Shown: piece by piece, positions 11,001-29,913 of the stretch
Layout: each line of letters starts with the position of its first letter
Numbering within the stretch: position 1 is the stretch's first letter
Assembly (NCBI RefSeq): GCF_003704095.1
Contig: NW_020843470.1
Location: forward strand, 1-64,000
DNA length: 64,000 nucleotides
DNA from: Pocillopora damicornis
Lineage: Eukaryota
Direction: 5' to 3'
The notes under the pieces: generated by a model
What the model was told of the DNA's origin: nothing
The model's database searches: none
The model's input: only the letters and a program-made list of their open reading frames with translations
Position numbers and translations under genes: made by a program

Positions 11001-14000
11001 CAGGAGGTCACAATAGGACACAGGGATACCACTGGATTAACTATGCTGTCATCTTCTACTTCTATTCTGAAGGTATGGGTTAAAAATTCCAGCATGTTAT
11101 CTGATGAAAAAATATTTTATCTTTCATTATTCTCAATCTTTCTGTCATCCCTAATCATACCTGAAATCTAGAATATCATGTCTTCAAGAGAAATCATCTT
11201 TAATTTAGCCATTGATTTGTAGACTTGGATTATATTATGACATGAAAATAATTCTGTAGTGATGGAATTCGTAACATTTCTGGAAAAGAATTTTATGATG
11301 GAAATCAAACTGAATTTTCTTTTGTAAAAAATTGCATACCTTTTATTTACTTTACAGTTTTGGGTGACTCTTTATAAGCTAACAAATCAACAAATAAATA
11401 GGAAAATAAAACTGGGAGCTTGTTGATTGTAATAACTTAACAATGAAATTATAGTAATATTCAGTTAGTGGGATTACTGTTGACAAACCTCATTTTAATG
11501 AACACCAGTTTCGAAATTCTCAATCCATGTTAATTATTAATTGCTTTGAAAGTATTTTATGCTTTAAAATCCCTGTCATCCTAAAAATTACATTATTTTC
11601 TATTTCTTACTTTTATTGGCAAAATTAGCTTTTCAATTGGTCACCTTTGTTAAGGTCAACGCTCTTCTATTAACTAGGGATTAACCATTAATGATGGATA
11701 TTTTGTTATTAAACCGCATCACACAGTATATTTAAGTTTGAGACATTTCCTTTTGAGGGTATAAAAGCCAATTGTTGTCCAGGCAAGAGTAATCCTGAAA
11801 AGCAGATATGTCTGTGACAAGGGCAGAGGATTAGCAAACCTGAAGGAACTTAAGGATGTCAAGATATTGACTCTGATTGACTGGCTTCTGCAAACCTCAG
11901 TCACTAACAGTAACAAATGTTGTCCAGGACAACTCAACTGACCCATATAATTGCATTACATAATCAGTTATTACTCCTAGGTTAACAAAGATGCATGTTG
12001 ATGTATGGATAGATAAACCTACATGTGGCCATAAACATCTCTAAATTCTCCCCTCTTTCGTTATACTAAATATGCAGAGGCTTGAAAGGAGAATTTTTAA
12101 TTTGACTAAATTTTGATTTTGGACCAAACAGTTTCCTTCAGAGAACAGTCGGTTGGAAGAATGTTACTTCTGGTCATCAACACCTTCTTCCTATTCTCAA
12201 AGTTGGAGAACTACTAGTAACTACTCTAAAAGTCAGGTAACACAGTCAGAAACATCTACTGTTTAAACTTGAATTAAAATGAAATAGTAAACGTCTGAAG
12301 ACAATCCTAAAAAAAGCTTCCTTGAATTTTTTAAATCTACACTTTTTTAATGACAAGAATTAACTACGGAAAGTAGCTGCCTCAGAACATATTAATGAAA
12401 AATAAAAACAGTGTAAAAAATTATGCAAGTAATGAATAATGCACAACTTAGTTTTTCACATCATTGCTGAAAAATGATATCTACAGCATAAAATTTCTGT
12501 GTGAATTACCACACTCTGTTAGCACTCTGTACTGAGATTTTTAAAACTCTACTATGACTTGTCATCAACATCTCCCTCAGTTTTTAGAGTGGGTAGCACA
12601 AGTGATATCCTTCTCAGGTAGTCTTCACAGCTAAACTCATCAATTCACTGGAAGGGAGGCAGGGAGAGGAGAACCTTTTGCTTTTGAAACGTGCTCTCCT
12701 GTCTTCGTTCCTCTGACTCCTGTCACCTTCCACTTTTTGGAAAGCAGTGCAAATGAATGAATTATTTCCCTCATAGATTCCCTGCTTCCTACCTTTTTAC
12801 TCTCTCTCTTTCTTCCCCCCCCCCTCCCCCCCACTTCCTCGAAATGTTGCCGTGAACAGTAGATCCATTGTTGCATCTCTGTACCTCTGTCCTGGTTAAA
12901 GTGGATGAAGGGGGGGAGTGTCTCTATCTTGCCTAAAAAAACGCCCCCTCCCCCAAAAATAAATGACGTCTGTCCTGCAGGTTACAATCACAATTGAACA
13001 GAAGTCATTTTTGCTATGTACGTTATCTCTGCACAGGCACAGTATGGCCGGCCACCAGGCATTAAAGATGTGCTCTATGATGAGAGGGGAAATGTAGTAG
13101 CCGTAATGAAGATTTCACCGGATAAGCTTCCATCGCACAGGTAAAATGTTTTACTTCGAGTTTTTTTCTTTGAGAGAGAGAGAGAGAGCAGGCATCCCTG
13201 ATTCCTGATTGAATACACTTGAGTGGCATATTTCATTTTATAAACGCATCCCCTTTCCCTCCCTCCTTTCCTTTCCTTTGGAGAACAACCTTTGGCACAA
13301 GGCCTGTCTGAATACTTTTTTTTCTAGCAGAAGAGCCTAAAATTAATTTGAAGCAATTGGATGCATACATCAAAGGTGTCGACAACAGAATACGGGGGTG
13401 TTGAAGTCTGACCCTCCATTGGTGGAGGGGGGGAGGATTAGATATAATGCGCAAAATCCTTTAAAAATATATTACACCCAAGCCATTTACCCTTTTTCTC
13501 AACAGGGTTCGAACCAAATTTTCGGTAGTGGACGATGATAATGACATGCAGGTAGTGCGTTCTCGGACAAGACCTAGGAAATACGGCCAAAATCCCCGCA
13601 AGATGGAAGCAACGAAGGACTTAAAGGCTTCCAAAAATGCAAGTCTCAAGCAAAATATCGATGCAAGTTCGATAAATAATGCATCATATCAGACGGAAAA
13701 TGCTGGCTACATAACACCCTTACCACCTCCGTTGGTAAGCACTTGTCGGTGTTTGAATTCGATAAAGAAATGATTTTCTTGTCTTTGCACGAATTACATT
13801 ACCTCGCTCTTCAGTTCCTATACAGGAGTGCATTTGACCAAAGTATTCTTATCGGCTAATGAGAACTAAGGTTTAACCCTTTCACCCCCACAAGTGATCA
13901 AGACAGAATTTCTCCTTACAATATTAATACAGTATCAAGCAGGTAGGTGATGAGAATAAAGAAAAATATCATTTATGGGATTATTCGTTGATCCAATACC

Positions 14001-14893
14001 AAATTCTCTAAACTAACATCATAAGAATTCTATGGAAGACAGTAAGGAGAATTACTAATTATATCTTGGGGGTGAAAGGGTTAAAATCGTAAGGAACCAA
14101 TGATAACGCAAAGTTAAAACAAGTGAACTTCCCGAAGTGCAGGAAACCTCGGAGTAACTGAGGTACGCGATTGGTAAATTTTCGAGTAGTTTTCACATCT
14201 ACAAGGCTTATAACCTTCCCGACCCCTCTAGGAAAGGTCAACGTCTGCCAGGAGCATATATTTCTCTACTTGAAGGATTCACAAAGGAATCATTTGATTT
14301 AGCCATATTTATTTTCCACGTATTTATTTATTTACTTATTTTGTTAGGTGGACGCTATGGACATATCTGCTGGTGTTCTCGTGAGGGAAGGGAACATTAT
14401 TAGACGCGGGCCAAGACAGGTAAAGGGCGTTTTATCGAGCGTAATCCCGCTTTGAACCCCTTAACGTGATTAGGGTCCCCAAAGTCTATTGGGATTAAAA
14501 TCCTCGATCGAGTGTAATCCTGCTTTGTTTCCCGAAACCCGATCAAGGTCCCCGATGTGCATTGGGTATTAAGCGCTTTATCGAGCGTCATTCCATTTTG
14601 TATCCCGTAACCCGATCAAACTCTCAAAAGTCTCAAAAGTGAAATAACAATGATAAGTTTCCCTATACAAAGACCACCAAGAACTATTAATCTTGATTTG
14701 TCTACTGATGTTTCAGATTCCACGTCGTGCGGAAAAGACTCCCTCCTCAGCTTGTCTGCAACCACTGGACAGCACCCGTACTGCGGGACGGGTCATTGAT
14801 GACATTCTTACCCGCTCGTCTCCCGTGATCAGACCTCTTCATGCGACGGAACCCATTCCTCCGATAACTTCCCAGCCTCCCACTTATTCTTGA
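8066..14893 (+). CDS. C2orf81: C2orf81-like (DUF4639) protein; exons 8066-8172, 8528-8690, 9296-9365, 9542-9680, 10504-10636, 10878-11072, 13037-13140, 13506-13734, 14348-14419, 14717-14893
   Basis: N-terminus DIIPGRFTEADW|YHMVDQEDGEEFVVDIV...LPYTIQESKNLLLQIIE|WQFLACDGGE...TWLEED|EPVTPLTDSWAQGSVP matches the conserved C2orf81 N-terminal motif as I recall it (DIVPGRLSEAEW...TDSWAQGSVP). All introns are GT-AG with compatible phases. Confidence 0.85.
13873..14084. mobile_element. piggyBac-type non-autonomous MITE with TTAA TSD
   Basis: TTAA-CCCTTTCACCCCCA ... TGGGGGTGAAAGGG-TTAA: perfect terminal inverted repeats, about 205 bp. Confidence 0.8.
14430..14620. repeat. degenerate tandem repeat, about 73-bp period, about 2.6 copies (intronic)
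   Basis: Units begin atcgagcgtaatccc / atcgagtgtaatcct / atcgagcgtcattcc near 14434, 14507 and 14580. Confidence 0.7.
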
Positions 14894-16348
14894 TGTCGTT
14901 AACATTGTGTTCGATTTCTTTGCGTGTAGATATTGTAAGTCTGTACGAGACAAGGAAGTTAACGTTATCGTAGTATGGCAAGACGACGGATTAAAAACGA
15001 AAAAACATTTATTTAACCTCTCAGATTGCTCATTCAATGTTGTAATTGGGAATTACTCCCTTTCAACTTCGGAGTCTAACCACCAAGCAGCAATTTTCAT
15101 GAATTGGTGTTCAGAATAGTTGTGTTCAGTTTGCCTCATGATGTGATAAAGTTTGTGTCATGATGGAAGTTGCAGAGCCATACTTTAAAACTGTTTTTTT
15201 CTTTATTCTTTTCGAGGTGAAGGATTTGTGCCTTATGAAAGCTTCTTTGGAAAACGTTCGTTAGTAATTGTTGATATTTCAATATTGTTAGTTGTGAATG
15301 ATTTTCATTTGAAAATTTATAAAATTGGCTCCTTAGACATGAACGTGTTATGAGATGTATGTCTCTCAGATGTGGCACAAAAAAATTCCCATTTGTAAAT
15401 ACTTCATTAACATGCAGTATTTGTAAATATAATTTGTATCAATTTTTTAACGCTTGTGGACTTCATTTCACTATTTGTTGNNNNNNNNNNNNNNNNNNNN
15501 NNNNNNNNNNNNNNNNNNNNNNNNNNNNNNNNNNNNNNNNNNNNNNNNNNNNNNNNNNNNNNNNNNNNNNNNNNNNNNNNGGAAAGAGTTTGAAATGAAA
15601 CTGACATCAATTCAAAAAACAATTCGCCGGCTTTCAGTTTATTTTAATGTGAATTTCAAAACATCAAAACCGAAAAGGTACCCCCTGCTTAGCAAATTTC
15701 CACCAATAACTATTTTTTATCAAGAATGTAAAGTAAGTGCATTGTTTGCTGTTTTGAAAATTTACTTTTTGGGAATATAAATTAAATTAAAGGTTAAATT
15801 TCTACAATCACAACGAGAAAAACAAGAGAAAAGGTAGATTGAAAACTTCGCTCACAGTTGTTGCATAAAATTGCCGTAGGGCTGTGCTTAACGAGATTTG
15901 ACGGCTTTGAATGTTTTGTTGGTAAAACATGCGAAGGTAGTTTATGATCATTTGAAAATAAATATTGCCTTAAAACGGAGAGCTCTAACCCTTCGACAAA
16001 TTGTTTGTAAAAAAGAGTGACTTTTAAGTCACTACAACAGTTACGGATGATTAAGTCACTTAATGAAAGAGTTATTGTATTCTTTGCAAAGTTTCGCCAA
16101 CTTGTCAAAGAGAGACCTTTTGTTTTTACTGTCAAAAAAACAAAATTTCAATATAGTTGACACTTGTCACGGATGATTCGACAAACAAGCGTCGAATTTG
16201 TTTAATCCCTTCTTTGATTAGCTCTTAAAGTATTTTTAAGGTTTGAAACCGATAACGTTGAGATCGCTTCTAAACTGGAATCGATAAACTTGTCGAGAAC
16301 TCTGTGAACCGAATAGGGAGCGGTTGTAAAAATTCAGGATCATCAGTG

Positions 16349-18646
16349 ATGGCGAAGCCGCAACGCATGAAGGTAAAATTCGCCGACGAAATGCCGAATT
16401 CCAGCGATTTGGTCTGTCCTGGTTGTCGGAAAAGATTCGTGTCACCATTATTGCTTCCTTGTCTTCATACGTTGTGCAAAAAGTGCATTGATGGTGAAAA
16501 GATTTCGCCAAGAAATGGAAGCTTACCAAGTTGTTTAGTGTGTTCAAAGGTGCTGGATGTGCGCAGCGAGTTTCCTATCAATTTTGTCGTTAACAACCTG
16601 GTCAATAAGGCAGCCGTACAAGATCACACTCCGCTGGAATTTGTCTGTGATAGCTGTGAAGCCGAAGGAGAAAGCGTTACGACACGATGCAATGATTGTT
16701 TCCTATTCCTGTGCGAATTTTGTTCTACAGCACATCGCCGAATGAGTGCTACTAAAACGCATACTTTACAGTCAGTAGAGGAGCTTAGGGGACAAATTTT
16801 TAAAGGAAATTATGACCAAAGACAATCCTTCTGTTCTATCCACGTGAAAGAGCGATTACTTTATTTCTGTCAAACTTGCTCACAAATTGTTTGTCGATTA
16901 TGCTCGCTCGCTGAACACGAGCAACATGAATGTCGCAGAATCACTGATATCACAAAAACGTTCAAAATTAACATGGTAAATCTTGCCGAGCAGTTGAAAG
17001 GAAAGCAGAAACACATCACTGAGCAAATATCTCTTATTCAAGAGGACATTTCGACGGTTGAAAACAAGAAGAAGCAGATTCGACTCAGTATTGAGGAGTA
17101 TTTTCAGAAACTGATCGAAGCGATGAAAGATCGCATGTGTGAACTTGTAAATGAGGTCGAAGCTCATTGTAGCACCAAGTTAGAGGCTTTGTTTTCAAAA
17201 CAAAAGATACTACAACAGACTGTGACACATGCAAACAGCTGTTGTTTCTTCACCGATTCCGCCGTAAAACAAGGCACTGACTTAGAAATATTAAGCATCG
17301 GCCAGATTGTTACTCAGCGTTTAACCTCTCTTGTCGACGAAGTTGAACGGAAATCTACTACATATCATCCTGGAAATGAAATGCGCGCCTCGCTTGAATT
17401 TGTGGCAGAGAGCGAGAAAATTACTAATGATATAAACCATTTAGGTCACGTAAAAATGCAGTCCTCGAGTACGCCTTGCGAGCCTGCATTATGCATTTTG
17501 TCTCCCGCCAAAGAGACCCAACAAGTGATCACTGGGGAAGTCAATCGGATGTCTTTGACTTCTGTCAATCAACAAGGAAAAAGACAGCAACGTGGAGGGG
17601 ATAAAGTGAAGCTGTCATTCTCATTGGCTCGTTCAAGGGTGACGCCGGACAACGCCGGGTTTAAATATGGTTGCCAGGACAACAAAGATGGGACGTACTC
17701 CTTAGCTTACGTCATCAACAAACCAGACACCTACTGGCTGCATGTTAGTATAAATGGGAGTCCTGTGGCGGATAGTCCTGTCACAGTCACAGTGAGACCA
17801 AGAGACTGGATTGGCAGTCAGCTTATTTTAAAGAGCGAAGACTGTGGAGGATTTTCTCACCCGTACAGTGTGATCGCTGACTCCCACGACCATCTTTTGG
17901 TAGCAGATTCTCATAATCACAGAGTTAAAATTCTTTCTTTGAATGGAGAGGTGCTCAAATCATTTGGATCTCAGGGAATGATCGAAGGGCAATTTAACTT
18001 CCCGTACTGCTTGGCGCTAAATCGGCGAGGAAACCTAATAATTGTTTCTGATAGTCAAAACCATCGTGTGCAGATTGTCACACCATCGGGTAGACTCGTA
18101 AAATGCTTCGGAGGGTTCGGCGATGAAATTGGAAAGTTTAAAAATCCGCTTGGTGTCGCTATTGACTCGGATGACGTCATCTACGTGGCCGACTCCGGTA
18201 ACAGCAGGATTCAAATATTTTCCCGTGAGGGAATCCCTAGGGGGATGATTGTGTCTAAGGAAATGTCATGCCCGTGGGGGTTGGCTGTAAGCAAAGACAG
18301 TCATATTGTAGTGACAGACTATAATAATCACCGGGTGTGTGTATTTAACAAGGACGGTTCAGTCGCCCTCCAGTTTGGCTCTCGGGGGAATGCCGACGGG
18401 TTACTGAACAATCCGGCGGGTATTACCGTAGATGACCAGGGGCAATATGTCGTTGCGGATCGAAGTAACCACCGGGTGCAGATGTTTCATCCAAATGGAA
18501 CTTTTGCCACTAAATTTGGTGGAAAAGGTCAGGGGGATGGATTAATGATGTTCCCTGCAGGAGTTGCTGTGGACAAAAAAGGTCATCTTTATGTCGCGGA
18601 CACGTTCAATGATCGCATCCAGGTGTTCTCATTGGCAGCAGTATAA
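16349..18646 (+). CDS. intronless TRIM-NHL E3 ligase (RING, B-box1, B-box2, coiled coil, filamin, 6x NHL; TRIM2/3/71 class)
   Basis: RING CPGC...CLHTLCKKC...CLVC; B-boxes CDSC..CNDC...CEFC...H and CSIH...CQTC...CRLC...HEQH; filamin DNKDGTYSLAY...SP; six NHL repeats of type F..P..(I/V)A.D...V.D..NHRVQ. First ATG is at 16349 (the ORF track starts at an upstream GTG). Confidence 0.93.
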   Translation: MAKPQRMKVKFADEMPNSSDLVCPGCRKRFVSPLLLPCLHTLCKKCIDGEKISPRNGSLPSCLVCSKVLDVRSEFPINFVVNNLVNKAAVQDHTPLEFVCDSCEAEGESVTTRCNDCFLFLCEFCSTAHRRMSATKTHTLQSVEELRGQIFKGNYDQRQSFCSIHVKERLLYFCQTCSQIVCRLCSLAEHEQHECRRITDITKTFKINMVNLAEQLKGKQKHITEQISLIQEDISTVENKKKQIRLSIEEYFQKLIEAMKDRMCELVNEVEAHCSTKLEALFSKQKILQQTVTHANSCCFFTDSAVKQGTDLEILSIGQIVTQRLTSLVDEVERKSTTYHPGNEMRASLEFVAESEKITNDINHLGHVKMQSSSTPCEPALCILSPAKETQQVITGEVNRMSLTSVNQQGKRQQRGGDKVKLSFSLARSRVTPDNAGFKYGCQDNKDGTYSLAYVINKPDTYWLHVSINGSPVADSPVTVTVRPRDWIGSQLILKSEDCGGFSHPYSVIADSHDHLLVADSHNHRVKILSLNGEVLKSFGSQGMIEGQFNFPYCLALNRRGNLIIVSDSQNHRVQIVTPSGRLVKCFGGFGDEIGKFKNPLGVAIDSDDVIYVADSGNSRIQIFSREGIPRGMIVSKEMSCPWGLAVSKDSHIVVTDYNNHRVCVFNKDGSVALQFGSRGNADGLLNNPAGITVDDQGQYVVADRSNHRVQMFHPNGTFATKFGGKGQGDGLMMFPAGVAVDKKGHLYVADTFNDRIQVFSLAAV

Positions 18647-20332
18647 GAAATATATCGGATCCATATGTTAGGCGGCGAGCAGGCTCTCGTCATCAGCGCT
18701 TCAGCTCGAGCGTTTTTCGCCCGCGGAAAAGTTTGAAGTCTTGAGCACTGGCACGAGCGAGCCGGCGAGAGGTTTGCAACATGCGAGGAGTCCAACAATC
18801 ATCAGTTAGTGTTACACCCCGGGGAAACCTCTCTCCAACTCGTCTCCAATCTTCCCGCGGACGGAGAAACGCTCGTCCTACTGCGCTTATGATAAGAGCA
18901 AATTCAATAAAACATAACTCTTCTTCACCAAAAATACAAAATGAATTCCTAAGTTTCTGCGCCGACGCATCTCAGTAAGGGGGTTCAGCGGGCGTCCTGG
19001 CGCGATTCATTTCAGTTTCTCATTTTTCTATTTTTTTCTGACATGATTTGTATATTCAGTTATATTATATGACAAGTTAGTCCTGAAGTAAATCAGAACG
19101 TTCTTATTGGTTCTTAGCTGGTAGGGATTTTGCCATACGGACTGTTTCCACGGAGACGGCCCTAAGCCATGTGTTTTCGTTCATGCAAGCGGGCAAATTC
19201 AAAGTAAAGAAGTTTGGTCCAAGTGCTGTATAGTGAACTATTTACTAACTATGCTTGCTCGAGTGGTACTGAGGAATATTGGCTCTTGGTTGTTTTAGTA
19301 CGGACCTCGTTACGTTATGCCCGGTCCGTACTTTCAGTACGGCCCTCGCGTACGTTTAGTAAGAAGTTAATGTCCTCCATTATAATCAAACAATTGTTAT
19401 GCGTGCTCTCGATTGGACCAAACGCATCATCTGATTGAATATGCCATGGCTAAAAAAATTAGGAATATCTTGTGATATATTCCAAATGATATCCTCCAAT
19501 ATTCCCCTGTAGCTCGTCGTTTTCCTAGAGCTTGGTCCTCAGGAAAACTGTTCGTTTCTCGTAACAGGTCTACATAATGTTCGCGGACAAATATCCCAGC
19601 ATATTTTCGCGAGACCAATGTTTCTCATATTACCAACCCCAAAGAAGGTTAATTTTATTGGCGTGAAATTGGTGTTTAATATTTCATTGGTTTATTTACA
19701 CGTTATGGTAATATAGGGAACGAGTACCCCTGACAACAAGAAGCAAACGAGTTCCTCAGATCTTATTACACGCCAGCGAAAACCACGATTTTCAAAGTCA
19801 CCAATGGCTCTGCTTTGTGTGGTACCCTAAATTTAGCATTTAAATCGTTGTACGCGAAATAACCTGTGAAAATTATTTCTTGACTCTCAGGAAAAACGGC
19901 GATCATTTTTTTCCTTGCGCGGTTGCTGGCCATTGTCAGGTCGGGACAAGATGATCAATATTTGCGGCGTCTTAATTAAGACGCCCGCCGTTTCGCTGAG
20001 AACAAAAGCTTCATTGGAATCAACGAGAAAAATTTCGAAATTTTATATTTCTAGTTTTGCACTCCTTTGCAAATCGGATTTTTATCAAATTTGATGCAAG
20101 GAAAGTTCTTTTGGTAAATTTTATTCAAAAGGGTGAGGCTTCAGCATGAAAATGAGGCCAGACCGCGCAGCCGCCGTAAGCAACTTGCTGCATTTGTTGT
20201 TTATGTGTCGCTTCACTGAAGGCCGCAGCTGAGAGAGACGAAGGTGACAGGCGAAATCTGGTTCCATCTTGGTGTGAATGATCGCAGCTACCGGCCGTTA
20301 CTCTCAGTCGTATAATTTAGGGTCTTTGGAAG

Positions 20333-26483
<6,151 letters not shown>

Positions 26484-29400
26484 TACCACAGACAGACCAA
26501 ACATTCCCAAACCTTGGAGACTCATCATCAACCATTAGTATTGTAGTATAATATTATTATTACCTATGTGAATATCTGTATAAAATAGTAAAATCTGCTT
26601 TACAAAAAGCTCACTAATAAACAATGTTTGGATGTAATATTTAAGTAAAATTTGTGTTGCAATGATGACTAGGTTAGCCCCTTCCTTTTCGTGCTGGCAT
26701 TTTCTGGTAGGTTGGCTCAGCATAGAAAGTGATAAAGAACTATGGAGCTCTGTTCTGTGGTATTCCTGTCTTTTGGGATGTCCCAGTGGCTAGTATGTAA
26801 TCATTTCTGCTCCAATCATTCATACAAACTCCAAGGCTATGATTTCCTGGTATATAATTATACAGTGTATAAATCATATCTATTGTAGGTAGGATGTGGA
26901 GATGACTTCGTTCAATTTTGTTTTTTATTTCATTTTAAGGTGGCTATATTTTCACCTACTCAGCCTAAAGACCATAATACTGATTCTCTTCCCAGATTTC
27001 TGTACAAAAACTATCTCATGCTGTAAGAATTTGTGGTAAATCAGACAATATCCCCTTGTTGCTTATAAAATAAGTTTGCCATTATAGTGTCCTAGAATGT
27101 AAAATTTATTGAGAAATTGTGGGTTTTGATTGTAATTTTTTGTATTTATATGCTTTGAAATTTGTCTTCTGGAAAGGAGAATTTTTTCCACCACTAGTTT
27201 TAAATCTTTACAAGGCAATATTCACGTGGCTGTTATATGGAAAAGAAATGCTGCTCATGGAGATATGTGTGACAGTAGTGGTGAGTGTGGCCCCCCTGTC
27301 TATAAAGGGAGAAACTTTGTTTTGATCTCATAAGCCAGGTACCTCTATCAACTCTTTAACTACCAAGATCTGATTGTCAATTCTCCCTCCCAGCTGTAAC
27401 AAATTTCCTTGTGAATTAGTTTTGAGAATTTGGTGTTAGATCAAGAGAACTTCACTTGGAGCCTGACAAATCGGAGTATTTTCATTATCTGTTTGTTAGG
27501 TTATGTACAGATATTTTAGGGAGAGGTTACATGTTCATCATCTCTGGGAATTAAAAAGCTAAGTGACTAGTCAAGACTTTTATTTATGGAAAATCCTCCA
27601 ACAGTTTGCTACTCGCAGTTTCTTTGATCACATCGTCCATATAATTTTGAGATTTGTTGGATACTTGTATAAAAAAGAAATGACACTTTGTTTCCAGATA
27701 TAATCATAAATAAGTGATTTCAGAGCTTAAATTGAAATCTCAATCATCATCCCTGAAATTAAGCTTCAAGACAGTATGGAAACAGCTGCCCACTATTTAG
27801 CAAATACAATTTTCCACGTCAAGTCCTCCTGTGTATTATGTTTTTAATCGTGGAAGAGTAAATATGTTTTGTGAATGTTATGCCTGATGGGAGACGATCT
27901 ATGCTTGCTTATATAAAGCTTTATGGCCCAAAAAATAGTTGTAACGGAATTATGTAATGTAGGCGTAGACATTTTATTTATGATTTTAAAGCGAAGTAAA
28001 ACTATAAGTAACTGGTTTGAATTAAATATCTTATGATGAAGAAAATATTGTTATTACATCCATAATTGATTGTATCCTTCTCTAAGTTGTTGATATCAGA
28101 GGGCGATTTCAGAAACTTCATTTAATCACGATGGTATCAGTAACGAACCGTCGAGGACCATGAAGCGAGACACCGACAAATGTCACGTTGTATTTAAGCG
28201 AGCGAACTGAGTAAAAGCGAAACGAAAATGATAATAAGCGTACACCATCCTCTGCGTGCCTTGATGAAGAGTAGCTCTAAAAAATGGTAGATGCATTTGA
28301 TCGATTATTTTTACTTGCGCTCATTTCACCTTCACTAAAGTCTTCGCCACTTNNNNNNNNNNNNNNNNNNNNNNNNGGGGGGGGTCGTCTACACCGGCAG
28401 TGCAAGAATTCGAGGGCAAACCAAGATGGTTTTCAAATTACGAATGTGAATAATTTCGTTGATTACGTGCCCAAAGCCTCACCCCCACCCAGACGGCGCT
28501 CTTGACGATCAACTTTAACGTTACGCAAGGCTCCAGTTAGGCATTGAATGGTCAACGGTGTTAGAAACAGTTTGGAACTAGGATTCACCTTCATCGCTCA
28601 CTCGTGTCAAAGGTCTCTCTCTTTTTTTTTCCTGAAACACCCCCATGTTGAGACAGCAATCACAACTTAACATTTAATTTAATATTTCAACCGGGAACCC
28701 GATAGGCTCCTGTTTCAACTAATTTCTTTTATTTTTTTAATCTAGACTTAAGCTTAATTACTTGTTGCACCAGAAACTGCGTTACGTAAGTCTATGAGCG
28801 AACGAATAAACAATGAATGGCCAATGATATGGGGCCTTTAATGATGATAACACGATAAAAACTTCCAATGAAAACCGAAATTCTGATGTAATTCCACGAG
28901 GATTTCCAGAAATGACACACGTTTTCCTTTGACCCCCATGAGTGACTGGCATCTAATTTCACCTAGCAATGACACCCCCGCATCACACATTTGAGGTCAT
29001 GAAAAAAAAAATGATTACCAGTAAAAGAAGCCCTTGGTTGTTAAGTAACTTCTAGTCAGCAACTTAAGAAAAGTGTATAGAACAGCAGGGACAATATGCA
29101 TGCTGATATAAGTAAACGATTAACTGAATTCGTTTGACGTGTTTTCAACAGCATTTCAAAATAGAAAAAACTTCTTTCAACGACTAGCAATACTAGGCAA
29201 GCATACCACGAAAGAAGGCCAAGGACGACCCAGACTAAAAACTCTTCCTTTTTTCGTTACGTTTAAAACTATCTTTGTGGATTTCAATTGCTCTGTCAGT
29301 GGTCAAGAAATCTTCTATACTATGGCTAGATAGATCGACAGCTTCGATTGAACTTTCCCGAGAGTAACCTTCCTTTACATCTGCGTGTTAAATTTGCTTC

Positions 29401-29512
29401 CTTCTTTGAAACGGGTTTGCTTGTTAGAAAAATACAACAATTCTCGCAAAGTTGTTCTACTCACGATCTCAACACTGGCAAGCAATCGAATTAAGTTCCA
29501 AACAAGGCTAAT

Positions 29513-29776
29513 TTTCAACTGAGTGTATAGAGTAATCCAGAATTATTTTAGTTCTGTTTTAGTTCGCTCGTGATTGGTCAGGAAAAATCGCGCTACGTTA
29601 CCAACCAATTCGATGCAAAACTAAAAGCAATAAAGACTAACTTGACGCCCGCGTTTTCTCGCGCTTTGGGCGGTTAAACAACTTAGAGCTCTTAATGGCT
29701 GTTGGAGGCATTTTTCCTGTCTTCTGTTTGGTCGTTGTGTTTTATTTTTAAGACACTCAATCGAAAAGCGCTCTAA
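29513..29776. repeat. interspersed repeat family (other copies at about 37120-37376, 51270-51410, 62960-63030)
   Basis: Shared core tgattggtc.agaaaactcgc...aaccaatcagat.caaaactaaa and end cactcaatcgaaaagcgctcta. Confidence 0.7.
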
Positions 29777-29913
29777 AAGCGATGACGATTTGCTTATTCT
29801 CTTATTCGACAATTTACGTTCTATTCTAATTTTCATCGCTTTGCGATGCTACCTCTGCTCGCATCTGCCGATGTCGATGCTTTGGTTTCAGTGTTTTACG
29901 AAACTTAGTCACA

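Noticed and set aside
16304-18646. Naming the TRIM gene TRIM71/lin-41
   Set aside because: The domain order fits, but the diagnostic NHL residues do not, and orthology cannot be set without a tree.
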